The translations under genes and the position numbers were made by a program. DNA of 64,000 bases from Camelus ferus (taxonomy: Eukaryota): assembly GCF_009834535.1 (NCBI RefSeq), contig NC_045727.1, positions 10,416,001 to 10,480,000 on the forward strand. The letters are read 5' to 3'. Of the stretch, positions 1-10,175 are shown one piece after another. The notes under the pieces were generated by a model. That model ran no database searches and was not told the origin of the DNA. It saw only the letters and a list, made by a program, of their open reading frames with translations. Position 1 is the stretch's first letter; each line of letters begins with the position of its first letter.

Positions 1-641
1 TGGAGGCAGGAGGGGGTTGTCCCTGCTAGGGTGCCTACCCGGCATGGTCTCTCCCAGACCTGCGTGCACGCCGGACACACAGCTTCCTTCTTTCTTACCG
101 GGGGCTTGTTCGGGGTCCCCGACGCACAGCTGCTGTTGTTCTGTGAACACAGTGCTGCCACCCTGCAGCCTCCGCGCCACCTCGCCCTGCTCTCTCCTGT
201 CTGTGTGTCTTCATTGGCCTGTGGGCCCCCGCATGGGCAGCACCTGGTGAAGGCTAGAGGGAGGGCATGGAGCAACTTGTCCTCAGATGGCTGTCAGGTG
301 GGAGGGTTCCCAGGTGTCAAGTGACCAGTCTCCTTAAGAGGGAAGGGCAGCCTGGACTGGCCGAAAGCAGGAAGTGCTGCATGATCTTGGCGATGTTCCT
401 TTGTCCAGAGGACTCAGCCACACTCATGGCCTGCAGTCATGTCCAGTGAAGGCACCAGGCTGGAACAGCCACGGGGGTTCACCAAGACCCCCCACTTTCC
501 ATCTGTCTGGTGACAGAGGTCACTGTTGGTGCCCCGAGTGCCCGTCCTCAGTCTAACTCCTGGAGGCTGTGTGCCTGCTGCCTGCCCCCCTAGGACTGGA
601 TGGCACATGGCCTGTCAGGCAGGCACTCCCGCCTCGTGCAG

Positions 642-1191
642 GTGGACAGACTGACCATGCCAGGGAGTCTGCACCCACAAGAGGAGCATGTGGTGGAGCC
701 CTCCCCTCTCCTGTTTGGTCGGGGGTGGCCCAGAGCCCCTAGTTCCCTGTCCCCTGAGGAGGGGAGGGGAGTGGGGAATCAATTCACACTGCCTTTCCGT
801 GGGGGGCTTGGGAAGGGGGGTAAGGGACAGGGAGGACAGAGGAGCATGCTGGCCTCCAGGTGTGGAAGGGGTCAGCGCTCCAGGAGGCCCCTCTGCTCCT
901 CATGCTGGGCGGCTGCCCAGCTGCCTGTGTTGGTGTCGGCCCTCCCACTGTCCTTGCCTCCAGGCACCAGGCTGGAGCTGTCTGGTGTCTTGGCCTTTGG
1001 GTGGTCAGAGCTGGCCTGACACCCTGCTCCTTGGGCCCCTGGCCACTCGGGGGCAGCAGGAGCCCTGGGCCTCTCCCTCTGCAGGCCAGCCGCTGATGCC
1101 AGTAGCAGGCCCTGCTACAGGCCCCAGCCTGCCCGCTTCCCCTGTGGGTATGCTGCAGCCTCCCGTGGGCCCTCAGCCAGTAGAGCACTAG
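642..1191 (+). CDS. CLTCL1: 3' end of clathrin heavy chain-like 1 (CHC22): penultimate exon 642-717 and terminal coding part 1085-1191; coding status unresolved (could be a pseudogene remnant)
   Basis: AG|642-717|GT is a 76-nt exon reading VDRLTMPGSLHPQEEHVVEPSPLLF(G), which resembles human CHC22 [25 protein letters not shown](D) and has the length of the equivalent CLTC exon. After AG at 1083-1084 the frame reads GQPLMPVAGPA..., resembling the clathrin C-terminal GQPQLMLTAGP, and stops at TAG 1189-1191. Position just upstream of SLC25A1 on the same strand matches human synteny. Confidence 0.75.
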
Positions 1192-1559
1192 AAGCAGCAC
1201 CCTCTACCGAGTTACTAACCTTCCCAAGGAGCGCAGCACCCCCAGAAATACAGAGAACCCCAGGGGAGGTGGAACGCCTGGACGTTATTTTGCAGGGGCC
1301 CAAGTATGGCAGCCCCTTGGCCACCTGGAGCGTGGGGCGGCCGCGGTGGCCACTGACTGCCCAAGGAAACCGCCTGCAGCCGCCACACAAGAGGTGGACT
1401 CCGACCTCCGGGCCCTCTGGCTGGAGGTTGCCCTCCTGGGGAGTCGTGTGCAAGGGCTCCCAGGCGCACGAGAGTTGGGCGCCCTGTCCACTTTGCGCTG
1501 GCGGAGCTGTCCTTTCAGGTCACTTCGCGGACCCGCTGGACAGGCCGTGTAACCTGCAC

Positions 1560-1565
1560 ATTAAA
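1560..1565 (+). terminator. ATTAAA poly(A) signal of CLTCL1
   Basis: ATTAAAGTCGGTTTATC at the end of the CLTCL1 terminal exon; resembles the remembered end of the human CLTCL1 3'UTR. Confidence 0.6.
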
Positions 1566-1569
1566 GTCG

Positions 1570-2102
1570 GTTTATCGAGGCAGAGCTTCCCGCGGTGCTG
1601 GCGTGGACGGGAGGGACAGAAGAGCTGTGGGACCCCCTAGGGGGCGGGGACCTCTTCGGGGACAAGGACCCCGGATGACCAGGGTGTGTGGGGGTCTTCT
1701 CCCCTCCGTGTGCGCTGCTCCGAGCCTAGAATCCTGCCGGGGGCTCGGGGACAGCGCGGCGCTTCGGGTGAGGATCAGCCCCACCCTCCCGGCAGGGAGG
1801 AGGCGGCCCTACGCGTTCCGAGGGAGGCGCTCCGGGCTTCGGGGGCGGTACCTTGTCGGGCCCCGCGCGGTCATTGGCTGGAACGTCGGCCCGCCCGGCC
1901 TCAGTTTCCCGCGGGCTCGGGGCGGGCCGGGGGCGGGGCCCGGCTCGGACCACGCGGGGCGGAGCCCTGGAGCGACGCGGCCGCTCCTCCTCGGCCCATA
2001 ACCGGCGCCGCTACCGCTGCCGCCGCCGCCGCCTCCCGCGACCGAGCGCAGGAGCTCGGACCCGAGGCCGCCGCCGCCGCCGGGCCCCCCGCCCCGCCCG
2101 CC
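1570..2102 (+). promoter_or_regulatory. CpG-island promoter/5'UTR of SLC25A1
   Basis: CpG-dense; inverted CCAAT (ATTGG 1873-1877), several GGGGCGGGG GC boxes at about 1920-1965, GCC repeats before the ATG. Confidence 0.8.
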
Positions 2103-4280
2103 ATGGCCGCGCCCCGCGCTCTGGCGGCCGCCGCGCCCGCGCCCGGGAAGGCCAAGCTCACGCACCCGGGGAAGGCGATCCTGGCAGGTGGGGACATGCA
2201 CACGCGAATCCCGACCTGGCACCCCGACCCCGCCGCGTTTCCGGAGGGACCGGGACACGGTCTCCGCGGCGCTTCCGGGCAGGCCCAGCCCCCGCCGCGT
2301 GTGCCCCGGCGCGCCCCGCCAGGACCGCGGGAGGGGCGTGGGCCCGGCTCCCGGCGCGGCAGGCAAAGTCCGGGTAGGGGAGGGGCGGGGCGGCCGGCGG
2401 GGAGGGGGAGGGGTCTCAGCGCGGTCCCGGTCGGTCCCCGCAGGCGGCCTGGCGGGCGGCATCGAAATCTGCATCACCTTCCCCACCGAGTACGTGAAGA
2501 CGCAGCTGCAGCTGGACGAGCGCTCGCACCCGCCACGCTACCGGGGCATAGGTGAGTGGGGGCGGCCGGCGGGAGTGGGCAGGCCGAGGCCGGCGGGCCG
2601 GGTCGCTGACGGCCCCCTCCCCCAGGGGACTGCGTACGGCAGACGGTCCGCAGCCATGGCGTCCTGGGCCTGTACCGCGGCCTCAGCTCCTTGCTCTACG
2701 GCTCTATCCCTAAGGCGGCTGTCAGGTGAGGCTGACTCCGGGACCGCGGGAGGGGGTTCCGGCCTTGCTGCGGCCGCTCTCACACCTCTGCCTCCCGGTC
2801 CAGGTTTGGGACGTTCGAGTTTCTCAGCAACCACATGCGAGACGCCCAGGGACGGCTGGACAGCACGCGTGGACTGCTATGCGGTCTGGGCGCTGGCGTG
2901 GCCGAGGCAGTGGTGGTCGTGTGCCCGATGGAGACCATCAAGGTGGGCAGGTCCCACAGGACGGGGCCAGGTGTGCAGGGGATCTGTCTGGGGAGCCTGG
3001 CCCAGGAGGCCCGCAGGAACAGCCTCCTGGAGGCAGTGGGAAAACAAGGTTTCCCTTATCTTAGAAACTTATAAACACAAAACATAAGGTGACACGTGTC
3101 TGCTGCCTAAGTTGTGAGAGACACCAGCGAACAGAACGCCAGAGGCTGCAGGTCTGCGGCCTGCTTCGTCCCGAGGCCACATGTCCCCGGGGCCAAGTGT
3201 GCCCTGACAGTTACGCCCTGGAAGCCAGTGCCTTGCCTTCCCTCTTTCTCAGGTGAAGTTCATCCATGACCAGACCTCCGCCAACCCCAAATACAGAGGC
3301 TTCTTTCACGGGGTCAGGGAAATCGTGCGGGAGCAAGGTGAGCCAGTCCGCCCGTCCTGGGAGAGTGGGAGCTCAGGGACCCAAGCCAGGCTGGAAAGGC
3401 CCCCACTTCCCCTTCCTGCCTTGGCTGTCCTGCGGGCTGCGCCCCAGTTCCCAGCTGGGGCCTGTGTGACCCCCGTGCCTGCCTGCCCCAGGGCTGAAGG
3501 GCACGTACCAGGGCCTCACGGCCACCGTGCTGAAGCAAGGGTCCAACCAGGCCATCCGCTTCTTCGTCATGACCTCCCTGCGCAACTGGTACCGAGGTGA
3601 GTCTGCGCCCCAAGACCCCACCTCCAAGCCACGAACCCTCTCCCTACCCTCCCGTCCTGTCTGACCGCCACCCCCACCCCCATCCAGGGGACAACCCCAA
3701 CAAGCCCATGAATCCGCTGATCACCGGTGTGTTTGGAGCCATCGCGGGCGCAGCCAGTGTCTTCGGGAACACGCCCCTGGACGTGATCAAGACCCGGATG
3801 CAGGTGGGGGCGGGGCCACAGAAGGGGGCGGGGCCTGGGCCGGGCCAGCCGCTGAGTCCTATGGCTGCCTGTGTCCTGCAGGGCCTGGAGGCGCACAAGT
3901 ACCGAAATACGTGGGACTGCGGCCTGCAGATCCTGAGGAACGAAGGGCTTAAGGCGTGAGTAGGGGAAGCGCAGGGCTGCTGTCCCTACTCCAGGCCCTT
4001 CCTGCCTTCTCTCTGGGCCCCCCACCTCCTGTCCTCTGACCCAGGCCGTTCCCAGTGAGTCCTGCCATCTGCCTCTGTTCCTGCTCCGCCCACCTTTGGA
4101 CCCACCCCTACTTTTCAGAGACACCATCTTCATCTGCCTCTTTGCCCCTCTGTCCCCGCCCCCAGATTCTACAAGGGCACTGTCCCCCGCCTGGGCCGGG
4201 TCTGCCTGGATGTGGCCATCGTGTTCGTCATTTATGATGAGGTGGTGAAGCTGCTCAACAAGGTGTGGAAGACAGACTGA
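2103..4280 (+). CDS. SLC25A1: Mitochondrial citrate carrier (tricarboxylate transport protein), 308 aa
   Basis: Exons 2103-2187, 2444-2551, 2626-2725, 2804-2942, 3253-3337, 3492-3596, 3688-3803, 3882-3955, 4166-4280; all GT-AG; 927 nt in total. Protein [51 protein letters not shown]...[12 protein letters not shown] with three Px[DE]xxKxxxQ/I carrier motifs ([30 protein letters not shown]). Confidence 0.98.
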
Positions 4281-4853
4281 GCCCCGGAGTCGAGGGGCTG
4301 CCCCAGCCCCTCCAGGCTGGCTCCCACCACCCCTTCTCACAATTCCAGTGCTGTTGTGCCAAAAGGCCCCTCCCCCATCCCTCGCACTCCATGGCCTGGG
4401 TCTGCCCCTGTGGCCGTGAGTTCACGTGTCCCGTAGTGCCATGAGTCCCCTGTGGTCAGTATGATGCCACATTGTGTCCATGTGTCCAGCTGAGGCTGGT
4501 GCCCCTCTGGCCTGTGAATCTGCGCCCACTTGTCCACGTGCTTACTCATATTTGCCTGTGTTTCATGTTTTGAGTCCCGTGACCCTGTGCCCGCTTCCCG
4601 GGGTGCCCGTGTGGCCTGGTCCACGGCCCTGTAGCCATGGCCGGGTCCCAGCCCGGTGCCTTCCACCCTGGGCAGCGGGGGCACCCGCCCCGGCCTACCA
4701 CAGCTGCCTCCGGGCCTCAGCCTGGCCTCACTGCATTCCAGGGGCCGCGTGCCCCCTGCTTCTCCTGCCACTGGCCTTAACTGGCCCTCGGGCCCTCCCT
4801 CCGCCCGGGACAGGGTGGCACCTGCCACTCTCAGGACCACCCTTCCAAGGCAG

Positions 4854-4859
4854 AATAAA
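4854..4859 (+). terminator. AATAAA poly(A) signal of SLC25A1
   Basis: Canonical hexamer about 570 nt after the stop, followed by GT/T-rich sequence. Confidence 0.8.
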
Positions 4860-5929
4860 CCGGATCCTGTTGAGCTTCCTGTCCCTGTGTGGGCCCATCT
4901 GTGGGTGTGCAGGGATGGCCATGCCTCTAAGGACATGCCCACCACTCACCCGAGGACATTGCCAAGGGACAGGCATGCTGGTGGGCAGCCTGCTGTGGCC
5001 ATGGCATCAGCCCCTGGGAGTCCTGGTACCAGGCCAAGGAATGTCTGAGCTCTAAGCAGGCCTTGCCTGTGGCCAAGATCCTGCAGGGTCAGCTAGAGGG
5101 CGTGTCCTTGTGATCACTGGACAGGCAGTACTGAATGGGCAGAGCAGAAAGCTGCCCCACGCCAGTGGCTGGGCGTCGGGGGACAGTGCTCTCCGGCTCT
5201 TGTCTGCTTGTTGTCCAGCCCATCACTCCCCTGTGGTTTCTCTGAGATTGGCTGCTTGTGGGCAGGTGTTTGGGTGGCCAGTTTCTGGTCCCCTGAGGCC
5301 CTTTCTCACTCCATCACCCAGGCTGGGAGATAGTGCCCTTAGGGCAGGAAGGGGTGGAACTGCCAGGGCTTGCGAAGATTCACCCCACAGCTCCGAACCT
5401 CAGGAAGGTGTCCGTCTTCCTGGAGCTCTCCTCTCCCAGGAGCCAGGCACAGGTAGGAGCCATGCCCAGTATGGAGGTTGAAGAGCCCTAAATGAGTGTT
5501 CTTGTGGCCCAGATCTCCTGGCTGGGGACAAAGACCCATGAGCCATGTGGAGGGGTGTGAGAACAGGACAGGAGGAAGCAGTGCCCCGGGTTGTGTGGCA
5601 GCAGAGGGATCTTGTCCAAGTGACTCCAAGGGTAAAGCCACACAAAGGATTTGGCTCAGACTGGGAAGTAGCCTGCCAGCAGGAGCCTCCCAGCAGGCAG
5701 AGCCTGTGCCTGGAGCTGTTCCTTTTGTCAGTGGGGAGTGCTCCACCCCAGGACTTCACATGGCACCTGGATCCCTGGCCCAGATCTAGGGGCAAAGCTT
5801 GGGCTAGGGAGGTGCATAGGAACATTGTTTTGAAGGACTGGGCCGTGTGCCCTCAATGCTCCCAGGAGATGGAGAAGGGGCCCAGCAGCAAAGCTTGCCT
5901 GCTCCTGAGCCAAGACAAGCCACCCAACC

Positions 5930-6030
5930 TGTTTCCCAACCTGTGAAATGGGGAGACACAAGAACCCACCCCAGTGGGTTATGACGATGGAGTGATGTGA
6001 CGTCTGTAAGGTGCACAAAGTGAGCCTCAC
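5930..6030 (+). mobile_element. MIR SINE fragment
   Basis: gtttcccaacctgtgaaatggggaga...gttatgacgatggagtgatg resembles the MIR core. Confidence 0.45.
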
Positions 6031-7549
6031 AGGAGACTTCTGGCAGTCCCTCCGGGTTCCGGGTCGTTCCTAGAGCAGGCAAAGCCCAGAAGCTGGATCC
6101 TGAGGGGGTTCAATGCCCTGGAATACTGTCCTCCAGGAATGGCATCTGCTCACAGACTGCACACCGGCACCCGGAGTCCTGTCCCTGTACACCTTCGCGA
6201 GGAGGAAGGGGCCAAGGCTGCACTGAGCTGAGGACAGGGGATGGGGACTTGGACCAGGAGGGGCAGGGTCCCTGTAGTATCTCCCAGGCCCCTCTCCTGT
6301 GCCACACTGCAGCACATGGACAGCAGGTTGCTCACCCAGAGACGTTGATGGAGCTGGGTTGGAGTTCCCTGGGGCTTTGAGCACAGAGGAGCCATGTGCC
6401 GTGGCGGGCCACCCCACCCCCACCCATTAGTACACATTAGCCTGAGTACTTTGGCAGCCTCAGTTCTTGGAGCTGAGACCTGAGGGAAGCGGGCTAGAGG
6501 GGTGAGTTCCCCCAAGTGCAAGAATGAGCTTGCAGTGACTGAGCTGCAGGAAGGCCAGCCACACTGAAGGGAAGTGAGCAGGTAAAGTGTGGCTGGAGAG
6601 GCAGGCAGGGGCCTGTAGGGAGCCCTGCTGCATTTAACCAAGCTCTGGAAGGCTGCAGGGGGGGCCTTGCAGCAACGGGGGCAAAGGGGCAAAATGGTAT
6701 GTGGGCAGATCTTCAAGCAGTCGGGAAGCAAAACAAACTAACTTCAAGTCTGGTCCCCCTACCACCCCCACCAACCTAGACACATAAGCCAGTGTCAGGG
6801 AGACCCCCAGAAGGCGACTGTGTCTGCATATCAGGAGAGATGAGTGAGTGTGGAGATGCCAGCAGCATATCCTGCCCACAACCAGAACCTCTGTGCCCAG
6901 TTGGAAGCCACAGCCAACCAGCCTCAGGCAGCCTTCACCGTCTGGCATGGGCTTGAGCCTGAGATCATCTCAAAATGTGCCCAGGACAGCAGCCTCAGAG
7001 AGGGCATAGAAGCAGAGGGCGAAGTAGTGGCCGCTCCTGGTCTTAACTGCCATGGGGCTGAGAATGGGTGTCCCACCCCCTCTAGGCAGAGGCCCTCAGG
7101 CATTTGCCCTCCAGGGCCCCCCTGCCCCCACTTCCTTGAACACTCCCTTCACCCATTACTGACAGGCATCCCCTAGGTTTTTCCATGTCCTTGTGTAGGT
7201 GCTGAATGACAATCAGAGCTTAGTACACACACAAAAGTCACTCCCAACCAGTGGGTCTGTCTCCTTTTAGCCAACAAAAAGAATTGTTTTTCAAGCTGTG
7301 CTCAGCCTTCACAGCAAACAAACGGAGCTGGGGATGCCAGAGGATTTTTCTCGCTGACACTACACTTCCTGCGTGTTCTCGGATTCCCTGCACTGAATCT
7401 TTAGTCAGAAGTACAGAATCAAGCTCCTGTCTCCTCAAGGTCTGAGAACAGGGACTGGACACACCAGGGCCAAGGAGAGATGCAGGCACAGTGGAGAACT
7501 GGCCGAAGAGGACAACGGAGGACCACAGAGAATACCTGGAGGGGTGGAC

Positions 7550-8620
7550 AAACGCGGCCTAGGCCAACCAAGTGGGTGGGCCCCGGAAAACATGGCGGCC
7601 GTGGTGTGGCCTCGTAGATCCCCTCCTCTCACGCCCACCTGGCGGAGAACCCTGAAAGCAGCCTCCCTTTGCTGAGAGTGGGCCTGCCCCCGACCCCTGA
7701 CCCTCAGCTGTTACCACTTTTGCCTCCTCTGCCTGGCCGGCCACACGCACCCCCCGCTTGTTCCTCCATCGGCCACAGGACTGTCGTCTCGTGAAGGGAC
7801 TTCCAGGGACGGGCCCTCCCCGCCCCCCTCTGCTCAGCAGCCTGCAGTGGCCTGCCGCCCAATCCTCGGCTGAAAAGCGGCCTCGGCAGTTCTCGCGCGC
7901 CGAGCGGGCTGAGGCCGCGGAAGCTCTCGGGCCTGCCGGCCTGTCCGCCCCTGGAGGCTCTCCAAGCTGACCGCACCCCGGAGTCCCGGCCTACAGCCCG
8001 CTGTCCTCACGGCCCCTGCTGTGATGGAAAAGGCAAAAGCCGCCGCGCCGTGACCAGGCCAGGTCGCGGAGAGAGGCTGCTCCCGTGGGCCGCCGGCTAA
8101 AGGCCGCAGACTGTCAGGGAAGCTCGGAGGTCCGGAAGCGCTCAGAGGCTTCCCGGGCCCGCTCGTGAGGGAGGTGCGGGTGACGCCAGGAAGCTCTGGG
8201 CCCGACAGCACTCGAGGAGCCGAGACCGGCGGGGGCGGGGCGGGGGCGGGGCTCGCGCCCGGAAGTCGGGAGGCGCGCGCTGATGGCGTCACGGAGCCCC
8301 AGCCGGCTCAGGTCCGTACCTGCGCACGGCCCACGGGTGGCTTGTTGCGGTGCAGAGAGCGCCGTTCCTGGTCTTAGGGCCTGGACGTCGGTACCTGGAC
8401 CTCACCTGCAGCCTTCAACCCCCAGACGCGGCCAGCGCAGCCACCATCGCCTACTCTCCCCAACGGCCGACTGTCCACGCTGGACACTGCCAAGGGCGCT
8501 CCTGACGCGCCAGCCTGAGGGGACATCCCCCGACCTCCCCACCCCCCACCAGGAGACGCCTCAGTTTCCCTGCGCTGGACCCCGCCGCGGCAGCCTGCCT
8601 TCTGCCCCGCCCCTAGACCA
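7550..8620. promoter_or_regulatory. Orphan CpG island with housekeeping-promoter motifs
   Basis: CpG-rich. GC boxes 8232-8251, ETS site CCGGAAGT 8259-8266, GATGGCG 8282-8288, TGACGCCA 8181-8188 and its inverse TGGCGTCA 8284-8291. No recognised protein-coding gene attached. Confidence 0.65.
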
Positions 8621-9889
8621 CTGCACACCGCTGCTCCCTCTCCTTCCAGCACGTCCTCACCCTCGCCCTTTGCCCAGTAATCTACACTGTCCTTCAGGCC
8701 CTACCTACTTGGCCTGTGTGCAGCAAGGGGGCCTGTTTCTTTTTCCCCAGACGGCCCCCTTCCTGTGTTCTCAGACCCAAGCTCCCGTAGGGCAGAACCT
8801 CGGCCTGTAGCTCACCCTTGTGTCTGCTCCCCGAGCAGCTTTTTGCTTCAGTGTCCCCATTCTAAGCCATGGGAAAGGAGATGGGATCAGGAGATGAGAC
8901 CAGGAGGTCCACCAGCCTCTCCACGGCTACCCTGCCACGTTCTACCTGCCTGGCCAGTTCCAGTCCAGCCACCTGCTGCCGCCTTGGGCTCAGGCCACAT
9001 CCCCATGGAAGAGAATGCCAGGGAAACCCTATGGTGCAGACCCAACCCCTCTAAGTCCCCCACTCCCGGAGCCTGTCTTGAGTGGGGGCTGGGGGTATGT
9101 TCCCTACAGAAGGCAGCAGTGAGCACAGGCCGCACACCTGGACAGTGGGCCTCCTGCCAGGACCGTTCCTCCTCTCTGCCACCCCCATTTCTCATATGGG
9201 AAACCCAGACAGAGACAGAGGACCCATATGAGACCTATGGAGGCACAGGCCTGCACAAACCCACCCTGCCCCACTTAGTGAGGGGGCTGAAGATAATCGG
9301 TTGGGGAGGCAGCAGTGGCATCACATCAGCCGGGTTGGGAGTCTGTACCATGAGATGGGACCCCCAAGGGAAAGATGGAGGGTCTGCAGGCAAGGGCTTC
9401 TTGCTGGGCTCAGTCAGCATCCCCCTGGTCTGCCACCTGCTTCCTGGCCATGTGTAATGGGGAGCCAGGTGTGTGCCTTGCTTTGGAACCTCTGCTCGGT
9501 GGCCACACTGAACTCACCCAAGGCCACAAGGGGTGAACAGGTCCAGAGATGGAGTGCAGAAGGGGACAGGATGGGGAGGAGCTGGCTCAGAGAAGGGAAG
9601 GGATCCTGGAGGATGGGCAGGAGCTATGTTCCCTGATTCTCCGAAGAAGCTGGCCAAGTGGAGGCTGAAGCCAACAGCCTGGCTCCGCTCACACTTGCCG
9701 GGCCAGGTGCACTTGTAGCCCATTGGCCTGACGGACCGAAGGGTCCATCCCTTCCTCTGGTCCTCGGGACCGGGCTTGGCCCGGTGACAGCTGGGGAAAC
9801 CAAGATCAGCCCCGGGCCTGGATCACAGGTCCCGTGGCCGCTCCACCGAAGGTTTCACCGCGCGCGCATCCCGCTGACAATTGAGTGGC

Positions 9890-10175
9890 CAAAGCAGATT
9901 AACCTGGGTGCTAATCCCCGCTAATGGCTTCAGAATCCCCGGCACCCAGCGGCTAAGCCGGCCTTTCTCCACGGCACGGTCAGCCCTCCCCGGCGGCCTC
10001 AGCCCGCGGCTGTGCGATGGTATCTCGGCCCCGCCGCGCTAATCCCCGCGCTCGCTTTCTTCCCAGGACCGCTCGAGATCGGCCGATCGGCGCTTGATTA
10101 TGGCCGCTATCGAGGGCCTCTTTGTGCCATCGGCCCCAAATCCCCTAATTCCGTGATAAAGGAGGCATTAGCGGG
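9890..10175. promoter_or_regulatory. Candidate distal enhancer: cluster of K50 (bicoid-type) and other homeodomain sites
   Basis: AGATTA 9896-9901, TAATCC 9912-9917, TAATGG 9922-9927, TAAGCC 9954-9959, TAATCC 10040-10045, TGATTA 10095-10100, TAATTC 10145-10150 and GCATTAG 10164-10170, all in a CpG-rich non-repeat patch. Confidence 0.55.

Noticed and set aside
1686-3087. Long ORFs of 225-299 aa over the SLC25A1 5' end (similar ones at GSC2 and DGCR2)
   Set aside because: CpG-island and intron readthrough frames that lack stops because of very high GC. The real exons explain the homologous parts.
3567-4340. 257-aa ORF antisense to SLC25A1 exons 6-9
   Set aside because: Crosses introns and exons of a GC-rich gene; no homology; shadow ORF.
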